Source of the DNA: a virus
Taxonomy: Duplodnaviria; Caudoviricetes
Reading direction: 5' to 3' (one strand)
DNA length: 31,581 nucleotides
Virus record (IMG/VR): IMGVR_UViG_3300049009_000104
Coordinates: 1 to 31,581 of that record
This document shows positions 1 through 7,117 of the stretch, one piece after another. Each line of letters begins with the position of its first letter. Positions within the stretch are counted from its first letter, which is position 1. Below the pieces are notes generated by a model. The model saw nothing but the letters and a program-made list of their open reading frames with translations. It had not been told where the DNA came from and did not search any database. The position numbers and the translations under genes are program-made.

Positions 1-331
1 GATATGGATTACCTGTCCCATTGATATTTGTAATCAATGTTTTGTCTTTAAATATATACATACGCTGATTGACAAAAATCAACATATAGCTGTCGTCAAC
101 AGAGAATTCAAATGCAACGCTACGAGTTCCATCTGCTGGGCTGGCTGCGCTTGGTATCTCCATCAGATATTTAAGCCCACCACGCCTGCGTACACCGCCT
201 TGTGGCTGAACCAATACATTGGTCAGTGTCTCAGCGCCATTCTTGTATTGTTCAAGCTCAACCCTAGCTCTCAGCAAAGGATCTAATTCCCCGCTTGAGA
301 AGTTGGTTTGAATGCCGACAAGACGAGTCAT
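1..331 (-). CDS. Tail tubular protein B / nozzle (T7 gp12-like), N-terminal part, runs off the window
   Basis: Not in ORF track. Manual translation MTRLVGIQTNFSSGELDPLLRARVELEQYKNGAETLTNVLVQPQGGVRRRGGLKY has the typical nozzle N-terminus (QTNFxxGE..P, PQGG..RR.G). The ATG overlaps the stop of the adaptor gene (TGATG). Confidence 0.85.
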   Translation of the reverse strand, partial: MTRLVGIQTNFSSGELDPLLRARVELEQYKNGAETLTNVLVQPQGGVRRRGGLKYLMEIPSAASPADGTRSVAFEFSVDDSYMLIFVNQRMYIFKDKTLITNINGTGNPY

Positions 332-945
332 CAGTTCCTCACTTCAATGAGGCTGAAATCTTCAAACGCTTGTGTTGTATTTCCTTGACCATCAACAACC
401 ATGGCTGTACGAAAATACCCACCACGGTTGTTTTCGCTTGGCGCACCAACAGCAACCTGTTGCCAGTATTGAGTCTTGCTTACTTGATCTGTAATTGGAT
501 CAGCCAAATGCCATGTCATCATGTATTTGAGCAATTGCACAAAGTATGCTGGCATCTCAGATTCTGTTGGAGCATACTGGTAGTCAATGACTATAGTTGT
601 CTCATTTGTCAAAAGCTTATCGCCTTGAATCACCCAATCAGTGAATGTTCCAGAGCCAATGGCTGTGCTGTTATATGCTCGTCTGATAGCACCAAGTCTG
701 TCAGACGGCAATTGATATTCGTATCGGTATTGGTTGACAGGTGTATTAACTGTCTGCGCCAACTGGACTTTCTTAAAACTGAAAGACCATGGGTATGACT
801 GTAGGGTTGAGTATTTAATGCCAGGGTACAAGCGGTCACAAGTGTTAGATGCAGATGTTCCCTCGTTAAAAGACGAGATTGCCTTAGCGCCTAGCATCAG
901 CAGGGCATCAGAGCAAATACGAATGTCGGTATCACCAGCAGCCAT
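331..945 (-). CDS. Tail tubular protein A / head-tail adaptor (T7 gp11-like)
   Basis: 204 aa; ICSDALLMLGAKAISSF...YPWSF...YEYQLPSD pattern; lies between capsid/decoration genes and nozzle. Confidence 0.85.
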   Translation of the reverse strand: MAAGDTDIRICSDALLMLGAKAISSFNEGTSASNTCDRLYPGIKYSTLQSYPWSFSFKKVQLAQTVNTPVNQYRYEYQLPSDRLGAIRRAYNSTAIGSGTFTDWVIQGDKLLTNETTIVIDYQYAPTESEMPAYFVQLLKYMMTWHLADPITDQVSKTQYWQQVAVGAPSENNRGGYFRTAMVVDGQGNTTQAFEDFSLIEVRN

Positions 946-967
946 TTGTCACCTCAGATGTGAGAAT

Positions 968-997
968 GGCCTGCCACCAGTTGTCCAGTAGCAGGCC
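968..997 (-). terminator. Strong GC-rich hairpin after the capsid/decoration genes (partial terminator or mRNA-stabilising stem)
   Basis: Minus-strand GGCCUGCUACUGG-ACAA-CUGGUGGCAGGCC forms a 13-bp stem including G-U pairs; no clear U-tract follows. Confidence 0.5.
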
Positions 998-1016
998 GAT
1001 CCATTTGATACTAAGA

Positions 1017-1298
1017 TTAATCAGTATCGGTTGCGGTAATGGTCACGCCGTCAGTGATGTCAACTACGCCAGAAGCGTTGCTGACCACATAAGCTGTGGA
1101 CATTACAGGAGTACCGCCAGTGGCGCTGTAGCAGAAAACGATGTCGCCAACTTTCAACACTGAAGAAACAGAGTTGAAGTAGCCAGAGGCACGAATTACT
1201 GATTGAGCGTCAGTGGAAGAGTAGCTATAAATAGCTGGGGCGTTGCCAGATTTGGACTGACCGCCGACAGTGTTAAAACCTGTTGCTGAAAATGCCAT
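1017..1298 (-). CDS. Small virion protein, probable capsid decoration/cement protein
   Basis: 93 aa, Ser/Thr/Gly/Val-rich; strong SD (AAGGAG); directly downstream of major capsid. Confidence 0.6.
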   Translation of the reverse strand: MAFSATGFNTVGGQSKSGNAPAIYSYSSTDAQSVIRASGYFNSVSSVLKVGDIVFCYSATGGTPVMSTAYVVSNASGVVDITDGVTITATDTD

Positions 1299-1310
1299 GA
1301 TGTGTTCTCC

Positions 1311-2153
1311 TTATTCTGTACAAGTGATGTCAACACAACCACCAGCATCGATAGCGACAGCGCCAGCACTAAACATTGAGCTAACTAACCAAGAGGTTTT
1401 CTCTGGGATGTAGTTGATCTCACTGCGAATTGCCATGCTTTCAGCCATACCGACAGCCATTTTGTGGTAAGCATACACCTTGCGGGTAGAACCTGAACCA
1501 CCGCCAGTTAAACCGCCTTCAGAGCGATCACCGATAGTGATGAAGTTAAATCCCATGAATGATGTAATGTCACCTTGCACTAATGCTTTAACGCTGTTGA
1601 AGTCAGAACTTGTGACAGCAGTCTCAGACAAAAGGCTAGACAATTGTGAAGCATGAATCAGCATATAGCGATCTTCTGCTGGTACGTTTGCAGTGTTCAT
1701 CAAACGAGCAGCTTCACGCAACTTAGCCATGTTCATGTTTGTACCAGCGCCACCAATGCTAGTAGCAACTGTCAAGCTGGTGCTTGATGCTGCCAATGCG
1801 TCAATGATCATCTGATCAGAACGGCGACCAATAGCTTTAGCAACAACTTGCACCAATTCTTGGCGCTCGTCAAAGTTAACTTTAGCTTGGTTAAAGATAT
1901 CGCTGTATTCAGCAGCAATGTAGTCAGTCAGTGTGACTGTGGCCTGAGAGTAGGTCACATTCAAAGGAGTTACATCAGTCTGAGGAACTCGGACTTGTGC
2001 AACACCAGCACCAATTTTGGGGAACTTGTGAGTGGACGCAGTGACACCAGTACGCAGACGGACAGTGTTACGCAGGACAGCATCAGCTTGATATGCCTGT
2101 TTAACTTCCGTGTCGAACAAGGTCACAAATGCATTAGAAATGCTAATTGACAT
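1311..2153 (-). CDS. Major capsid protein (HK97 fold, BPP-1-like podovirus type)
   Basis: 280 aa; MSISISNAFVTLFDTEVKQAYQ...FPKIG, DFNSVKALVQGDITSFMGFNF motifs; SD AGGAG; follows scaffold. Confidence 0.9.
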   Translation of the reverse strand: MSISISNAFVTLFDTEVKQAYQADAVLRNTVRLRTGVTASTHKFPKIGAGVAQVRVPQTDVTPLNVTYSQATVTLTDYIAAEYSDIFNQAKVNFDERQELVQVVAKAIGRRSDQMIIDALAASSTSLTVATSIGGAGTNMNMAKLREAARLMNTANVPAEDRYMLIHASQLSSLLSETAVTSSDFNSVKALVQGDITSFMGFNFITIGDRSEGGLTGGGSGSTRKVYAYHKMAVGMAESMAIRSEINYIPEKTSWLVSSMFSAGAVAIDAGGCVDITCTE

Positions 2154-2195
2154 TTGTTTCTCCTAGAAACGGTTGATGAAAAGTTTATCGCCAAC

Positions 2196-2287
2196 GGTTG
2201 TCCAGAAGAATCTGGGCCTAGACTTGTGTGTTACCCCCACACCAGGGAGCAGACTACTGCTGTCATGGGCCTTGCGGTTATCCATGA
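2196..2287 (-). promoter_or_regulatory. Structured 5' leader of the capsid gene with two GG-AYAA-CC/GG-C-CC internal-loop hairpins
   Basis: CAUGG-AUAA-CC-GCAA-GG-C-CCAUG and GG-C-CCAGA-UUCU-UCUGG-ACAA-CC, plus two intervening hairpins. Confidence 0.6.
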
Positions 2288-2291
2288 TTAC

Positions 2292-2322
2292 ATTATAGAA
2301 CACACTTTCTAAGGGTTGTCAA
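2292..2322 (-). promoter_or_regulatory. Sigma70-type capsid promoter, TTGACA-N19-TATAAT
   Basis: Perfect -35 (2317-2322) and -10 (2292-2297) with a 19-bp spacer. Confidence 0.65.
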
Positions 2323-2330
2323 CTAATTTT

Positions 2331-2613
2331 AAGCATAGTTTCCCCAAGGGTGGTAGCCAATGCTATCCAGCCCTACCCAGAGGGTCATGCTTTAAGGGGT
2401 AGTTAATCGAATAACTCCCCCCTAAAACCAACCATCCCAGTAAACCCTTGAGGCAGCGATTCATCCAACACTGACTTGTCCCACCCATGTATCAGTGTTT
2501 ACCCTAGTCCCTCGCTGACAGGCTAGTAGGGTTATCTTGGGGGTGTATCCAAGCCCTGTGTTCTCTTCCAAGCAGTCCATGCAGACCCACTGGTATCGTC
2601 TGGAGTACGGAAG
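2331..2613 (-). ncRNA. Candidate highly structured non-coding RNA (~285 nt)
   Basis: No credible ORF; at least six hairpins and two potential loop-loop/pseudoknot pairings. Confidence 0.5.
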
Positions 2614-2626
2614 TCAATGCACAAGT

Positions 2627-2729
2627 AAAAAAGCCGCTTACTACTGCATATTGGTTGCACCCTTTGAGAATCCCCAAAGGCAATACGCATGAGTAAACGG
2701 CTTTTAAACCTGTTGTGTGCAACGACAAC
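2627..2729 (-). ncRNA. Candidate antisense/attenuator RNA reminiscent of P4 CI / P1 C4-type phage riboregulators
   Basis: 5' hairpin whose loop contains GUUGCAC, then a long stem with 7-nt bulge GUGCAAC ending in a U6 tract; G-U pairs favour the minus strand. Confidence 0.6.
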
Positions 2730-2735
2730 GCAATC

Positions 2736-2764
2736 AGTATAGACGAAAAAAAGCCCCCACGCAA
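2736..2764 (-). promoter_or_regulatory. Sigma70-type promoter TTGCGT-N17-TATACT embedded in the scaffold terminator
   Basis: -35 at 2759-2764, -10 at 2736-2741; predicted +1 near 2729 coincides with the first base of the 5' hairpin. Confidence 0.6.
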
Positions 2765-2773
2765 GTAGGGGCT
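2746..2773 (-). terminator. Rho-independent terminator after the scaffold gene
   Basis: AGCCCCUAC-UUGC-GUGGGGGCU stem-loop followed by a U-run. Confidence 0.8.
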
Positions 2774-2814
2774 AAAAGATCACTCGGAGACGTTAGCAAC
2801 TGCTTGCCAACCTC

Positions 2815-3582
2815 TTAACCATACATCTTTTCAAAGAGCTTTTCAACCTTTACCCTGAAAGCTGGTTCCTTTTTATATCTTGGATCAGCAACCATGGCAT
2901 CCAGTTCTTCTTTGGATACAGATCCTTCAGGGTTAGATTTAAGGGTATCTACTGGTACTCTGCCCTCATATGTCTCTCTCAGCTTAGACAGCGCTTTAAT
3001 GCCCCTAGCAGTGTCTCCCCAGCGTGTAAATTCCTTAAATTCATCTTCACCCCAAATACCCTTGTTGACCATCCCACGACCCCATGTAGCCATGTTGGAA
3101 ATGATTGCCTTGGCATTAGGGCCAAGTTCTTCCATTTCTTGCTCCATGGATCTTCTGGTTAAAGTTTCTTGATCACCAGATACAGTGGTTACTTCTTTTG
3201 CTAGATCCTCAAATGCTTGCTGGGAGATGCCGTACTTCTGCGCCCAACTTGTGTATGCCTGTGCCACTGGATCATTATCCTGTAGACCAGCAGCTTCTAA
3301 GTTGTATTTGCCGTCTTCTGGTGGCTTGTGTGAACCAGAGCGGAACTTCTTCTCTAGCTCTACATAGGACTTGCTAATACCTTCTAGATCAGGTTCAGCC
3401 TTATCTTTGTTCCAAAACTTCTCAGGCCAAAAGTCTGGACGCTCAAGTGGAGAATCTTCCTCAAAAGTAGGATCGCCTTGAATGTGATTGATTGCTTGCT
3501 CTTGGCCCTCGGTTGTCTGCTGTGCTGGCGCTTCTTCGGCAGCGGCTTGTAGCAGGCCAGGGTTGTCATTTGCTTCGCTCAT
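2815..3582 (-). CDS. Capsid scaffolding (head assembly) protein
   Basis: 255 aa, acidic; RPDFWPEKFW...SYVELEKK motif and C-terminal DPRYKKEPAFR; between portal and capsid. Confidence 0.8.
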   Translation of the reverse strand: MSEANDNPGLLQAAAEEAPAQQTTEGQEQAINHIQGDPTFEEDSPLERPDFWPEKFWNKDKAEPDLEGISKSYVELEKKFRSGSHKPPEDGKYNLEAAGLQDNDPVAQAYTSWAQKYGISQQAFEDLAKEVTTVSGDQETLTRRSMEQEMEELGPNAKAIISNMATWGRGMVNKGIWGEDEFKEFTRWGDTARGIKALSKLRETYEGRVPVDTLKSNPEGSVSKEELDAMVADPRYKKEPAFRVKVEKLFEKMYG

Positions 3583-3836
3583 TGGTTCTTTGCCTTTCGT
3601 ATGCGGTTTTCAATATCTCGGATCACACTGTTTTGTCCTTCTCGGAACATCCCCAGCGATTGATCCGCACCAGGTTGCCAGCATGGTTGCTCAAGATAGA
3701 ACTCTCGTAACCATGCCAACACCTTTTGTCCCTCGTCACTGGCAAATGTCTTTGCCATCTGAAGGTTTAAATCAACGCCAGTTTGATTAGGTTCAAATGG
3801 CGGTAATTCATTTTCTAAGTCTTCCCATCCACTCAT
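3579..3836 (-). CDS. Bbp19-like small head protein
   Basis: TFASDEGQKVLAWL...FREGQNSVIRDI motif; likely start MSGWED at 3836; ATGA overlap with scaffold. Confidence 0.7.
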   Translation of the reverse strand: MSGWEDLENELPPFEPNQTGVDLNLQMAKTFASDEGQKVLAWLREFYLEQPCWQPGADQSLGMFREGQNSVIRDIENRIRKAKNQ

Positions 3837-3843
3837 ATATTTT

Positions 3844-4107
3844 TTAACAGTCTGTTGCGTTTTCAAATCCAACCTGATTTTTCAAGTCGGCATAAAGGCT
3901 TTCCATTAAGTTATCTGTTGGAGTTGCACAATAAAAAGCATGACTTGCTACCTCTTGTGCATTGGCTTGCCTAGCATCTGCGCTTGCAGACACAGATACC
4001 TGATATTGGCATTGATCTTTGGTTGCCCAAATATTTGTGATTCGTGCGTAAGCATCCGTAAAAGGTACGCCAACGCTACTTGTAGAAATAGAAATTTTGA
4101 GTGCCAT
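3844..4107 (-). CDS. Small fibre-associated hypothetical protein
   Basis: 87 aa; TAATG coupling to the YadA-repeat gene; DAYARI...LYADLK pattern. Confidence 0.55.
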   Translation of the reverse strand: MALKISISTSSVGVPFTDAYARITNIWATKDQCQYQVSVSASADARQANAQEVASHAFYCATPTDNLMESLYADLKNQVGFENATDC

Positions 4108-5378
4108 TAGAAAGTTACCTCAGTTGTTTCAATTGTGCTAACCCATCGTATTGTGGTTGCCGCTGCCCCTGTCACAGTAACCGCTATGCCGCCATTTGTT
4201 GTGTCTGCGGTAATTGCTAATACCCAAGTAGCCGCCGCAACATCTTGGGCAATCACAATAGGAGTGACTGCGGCAACCAAAGCAGTTGATGCGGCATTTG
4301 CGCCTCGTTTAATTACGCCTTCATACTTCCAACCTGATGTTGTACTGCCACCTGTTACGTTAGCAATGCAAGTTCCTTGGAATACATAGGCTGAGTTATT
4401 TGGCAGGATTACTTGGTTAGTTGTGCTTGCCGCACTTGTGTTACTTCTTAAAACTGTTGCAGTTGCATCCGTGGTTTGTCTTCCAAGAAGTAACAATGCT
4501 GATTGAGTAACGCCAACGGCATTAACAATAGGAATACCATTTGCTGGAAAAACTGTATTTCCTATGATTGATCTTGTTGTTCCATTGTACCCACCAATTA
4601 CTGTAGCAACGTCAGCATTTGCATTGCTTAACGCTCCACCAATTACGGCAGAGTAAGTAGCACTTGCAGTATTACTTCCTCCAGCAACAAAAGACTGATT
4701 ACCACTTGCAGTATTAGTACCTCCACCAGCCACAAAAGCATTAGTACCACTTGCAGTATTAGTACTTCCTCCACCTACAAAAGACCGACTACCACTTGCA
4801 ATATTACCTGATCCACCACCTACAAAAGAATTAAGCTCACTTGCAGAATTAGAACTTCCTCCAGCGACAAACGCAGAATTACCATTTGTGATATGACCAG
4901 TTCCACCACCTATAAAAGAATTAGCACCATATGCAGAATTATTGTTTCCTCCAATTGCAAGAGCATAATTATTTCCCGCTGATGTTGGACTTTGGTTTAA
5001 TGTTATCCAACCAGTTGCACTAGAGCCAGTAGACGATCCAAAACTTATAAATTGTTTAGAATAACAAAAGACTAAAAACTGTCCTGCTGCTAAAGTAGCA
5101 ATAGCATTTAATGTACCACTACCACTTACATCCGAAGAATGAATAGTAATTTTTTGATCGTTACCACCATATCTTGCATTAATAATTTGTATTTGCTTAC
5201 CTTCTATTGGCGCAGAAGGAAGATACACTAGCATAGAAGTTGACGATCCCCCTGTTCTAAAAAATTGAATAGGCGCACAATCATCTGCTAATGCAACTCT
5301 GCTAGTACCTGTGAAGGTATTTAAAAAATCCCAAACTTGTATTGCAGGGGTGTTTTCAGATGCAAAACCCGTAAACAT
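4107..5378 (-). CDS. Virion fibre/adhesin with YadA-head-like (left-handed beta-roll) repeats
   Basis: 423 aa; tandem 14-aa SFVGGGxxNxASGx repeats. Confidence 0.7.
   Translation of the reverse strand: MFTGFASENTPAIQVWDFLNTFTGTSRVALADDCAPIQFFRTGGSSTSMLVYLPSAPIEGKQIQIINARYGGNDQKITIHSSDVSGSGTLNAIATLAAGQFLVFCYSKQFISFGSSTGSSATGWITLNQSPTSAGNNYALAIGGNNNSAYGANSFIGGGTGHITNGNSAFVAGGSSNSASELNSFVGGGSGNIASGSRSFVGGGSTNTASGTNAFVAGGGTNTASGNQSFVAGGSNTASATYSAVIGGALSNANADVATVIGGYNGTTRSIIGNTVFPANGIPIVNAVGVTQSALLLLGRQTTDATATVLRSNTSAASTTNQVILPNNSAYVFQGTCIANVTGGSTTSGWKYEGVIKRGANAASTALVAAVTPIVIAQDVAAATWVLAITADTTNGGIAVTVTGAAATTIRWVSTIETTEVTF
4655..4955. repeat. About 42-nt coding tandem repeats (YadA-like units)
   Basis: Recurrent accacttgca(g/a)tatta..cctccacc..caaaag units; boundaries approximate. 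Confidence 0.75.
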
Positions 5379-5821
5379 TAATACTCTCCACCAACAGCAG
5401 TTAGGTGAAATCCTGCCGCTACTACTGTTCCAAATGTGGCATAAATACGATACCCCGCTGGCAAACTAATGTTTAAAGGCAAAATAATATCTGGCAGTTC
5501 AGCCGTTTCGGATACTGTTGTTGCTGATAATGTTCGCTCAAGATACAAAGCATTATTAGCCGCAGTAGTAGTAACAGAGCCATTGTTTATCCATATACGA
5601 ATAACAGTTGCTACGTTTGTTCCTAATGCTCTTACTTTTATAAAATCAAGCCTAGAACCGTCAACAGCTTTACCAGTAAAAATCGGACCATAAATTGTTC
5701 CGCTACTTAAATCTTTGGTTGTGTTGGCGTCCCGACCAGGAGTCCCTGATGTTGCTGGAGCGCCACTTACCCAACTATTTACTGGCGTTAGTGGAAAGAT
5801 TGGGTTTGTATTTTGTGCCAT
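5378..5821 (-). CDS. Putative virion structural (beta-rich) protein of the fibre module
   Basis: 147 aa; abuts both neighbours in a coupled operon. Confidence 0.55.
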   Translation of the reverse strand: MAQNTNPIFPLTPVNSWVSGAPATSGTPGRDANTTKDLSSGTIYGPIFTGKAVDGSRLDFIKVRALGTNVATVIRIWINNGSVTTTAANNALYLERTLSATTVSETAELPDIILPLNISLPAGYRIYATFGTVVAAGFHLTAVGGEY

Positions 5822-7117
5822 TTAAAAGCCTCCGATTGACCAAGATAAAAGTTTGGGAATGGGTGATGAACTACCGCCACCACTTGAGGCGATAGTGATA
5901 CCACCCGCTGAGTTTGTAATTGTAATGTTGCTACCAGCGGTAAGGTTAGCTTTTTCCCATAAAGACGTAGAAGCGTTATAAATTAAAGTTTGACCACTTG
6001 TAGCATTCTGAGCAGAAACATTGTGTAACTCATCTAACTCATAGCCGTTTTGTACCTTAACAATTAACTTACCTTGAGTTGGGTGGGCATGAGCAACAAC
6101 AGCCATATAAACAAGATGCTGTGGCGCATAAGGCTTAGTTGTTGTCAAAGTTCCTGCTGTGGTTGGACTTAGATAAAGTTGCGCCCCATCTGTATATGCT
6201 GATGTATCCATATTGGTAACTAAGCCAATAATGGTTACATAGCCATTTGAATTGTTTGCCAAGTCACTAGTTATTAATCCCAATGTCTGCGCTGATGTAG
6301 CGTCACCAGTAGCCAAAGCCTTAGAGACAGTTGGAAGTTGACCTGTAGCACCAGAAATATAGACTGCTGTACCTTTGGTAAGGGTTGCACCAGTAGAGTT
6401 TCGTACTTGCTCAACAAGCACTGAAGCTGGAGAAGTTTGCGATACCGAAAGATCAACAGCTGACCCAACTGTAGTAACAATAATACTTGCATCAGCAGAG
6501 GCAATAGTGGCAATGCCACCACCACTTGCTGCCGTCCAAACTAAATTTGTTCCATCTGAGCCAATAACTTTGTTGGCATTACTTTCTTTTAATCTAACAA
6601 TATCACCAACTTCCATTAGTTGAGCTTGTCGATCAAAGAGTTTGTCATCTCTTCCACCGCCACCACCGCCAGTAGGAAGAGTAATCCACTTACCCCACAC
6701 TTCAGGAGATTCTTCAAATCTAAGCATTAAGCCTTTTCGCTCATGCTTTGGCATTGGGCCAATATCTCCACGTGGGCCAGGTGGGCCAATAAATCCACGC
6801 TCACCTATTAACCCACTTTTACCAATAGGGCCAATATCTCCCTTATCGCCTTTTAAACCTTGTGGGCCTTGTGGGCCTTGCTCGCCTTTTACACCCTGTG
6901 GGCCTTGAACACCAACATTTCCAACATCACCTTTAATTCCTTGAATACCTTGCAATCCTTGTATGCCACGCTCACCTTGAGGGCCAGGCACTGGTTGATT
7001 AACAATTTTAATTTCACCAGATTCACCTTTTTCACCACGCTCACCTTTTTGCGCTTGAGCCGACTTAGCTATTTCAAGCGCACGTATAGCAGCGGCTCTT
7101 GCAACTTCATCACGCAT
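5822..7117 (-). CDS. Collagen-repeat fibre protein (putative head fibre)
   Basis: 431 aa; long Gly-X-Y tract followed by a globular domain (VRNSTGATLTKGTAVYISG...LYLSPTTAG); start overlaps the portal stop. Confidence 0.75.
   Translation of the reverse strand: MRDEVARAAAIRALEIAKSAQAQKGERGEKGESGEIKIVNQPVPGPQGERGIQGLQGIQGIKGDVGNVGVQGPQGVKGEQGPQGPQGLKGDKGDIGPIGKSGLIGERGFIGPPGPRGDIGPMPKHERKGLMLRFEESPEVWGKWITLPTGGGGGGRDDKLFDRQAQLMEVGDIVRLKESNANKVIGSDGTNLVWTAASGGGIATIASADASIIVTTVGSAVDLSVSQTSPASVLVEQVRNSTGATLTKGTAVYISGATGQLPTVSKALATGDATSAQTLGLITSDLANNSNGYVTIIGLVTNMDTSAYTDGAQLYLSPTTAGTLTTTKPYAPQHLVYMAVVAHAHPTQGKLIVKVQNGYELDELHNVSAQNATSGQTLIYNASTSLWEKANLTAGSNITITNSAGGITIASSGGGSSSPIPKLLSWSIGGF
6750..7050. 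repeat. Gly-X-Y collagen coding repeat
   Basis: GPQGERGIQGLQGIQGIKGD...GPQGPQGLKGDKGD; boundaries approximate. Confidence 0.85.

Noticed and set aside
295-1163. Plus-strand ORFs of 167, 85 and 67 aa, and similar antisense ORFs throughout (e.g. 8687-9193, 27478-27882)
   Set aside because: Shadow frames opposite well-supported genes, without SD or recognisable motifs
1299-1330. T7 10A/10B-type capsid frameshift extension
   Set aside because: No slippery sequence near the capsid stop, and the downstream gene has its own strong SD
1997-2003. Additional GUUGCAC target of the CI-like RNA inside the capsid gene
   Set aside because: A 7-mer is expected a few times by chance in 31 kb and there is no supporting structure here
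2331-2760. Group I/II intron, tRNA or retron ncRNA
   Set aside because: No P/Q/R/S or domain V motifs, no TTC-loop cloverleaf, and no RT or homing endonuclease in the window
2504-2764. 86-aa minus-strand ORF in the scaffold-capsid gap
   Set aside because: TTG start is the -35 box inside a terminator, there is no SD, and it crosses two terminators; RNA structure explains the region better
4655-4955. CRISPR-like repeat array
   Set aside because: Degenerate in-frame 42-nt coding repeats of YadA-like units with no unique spacers
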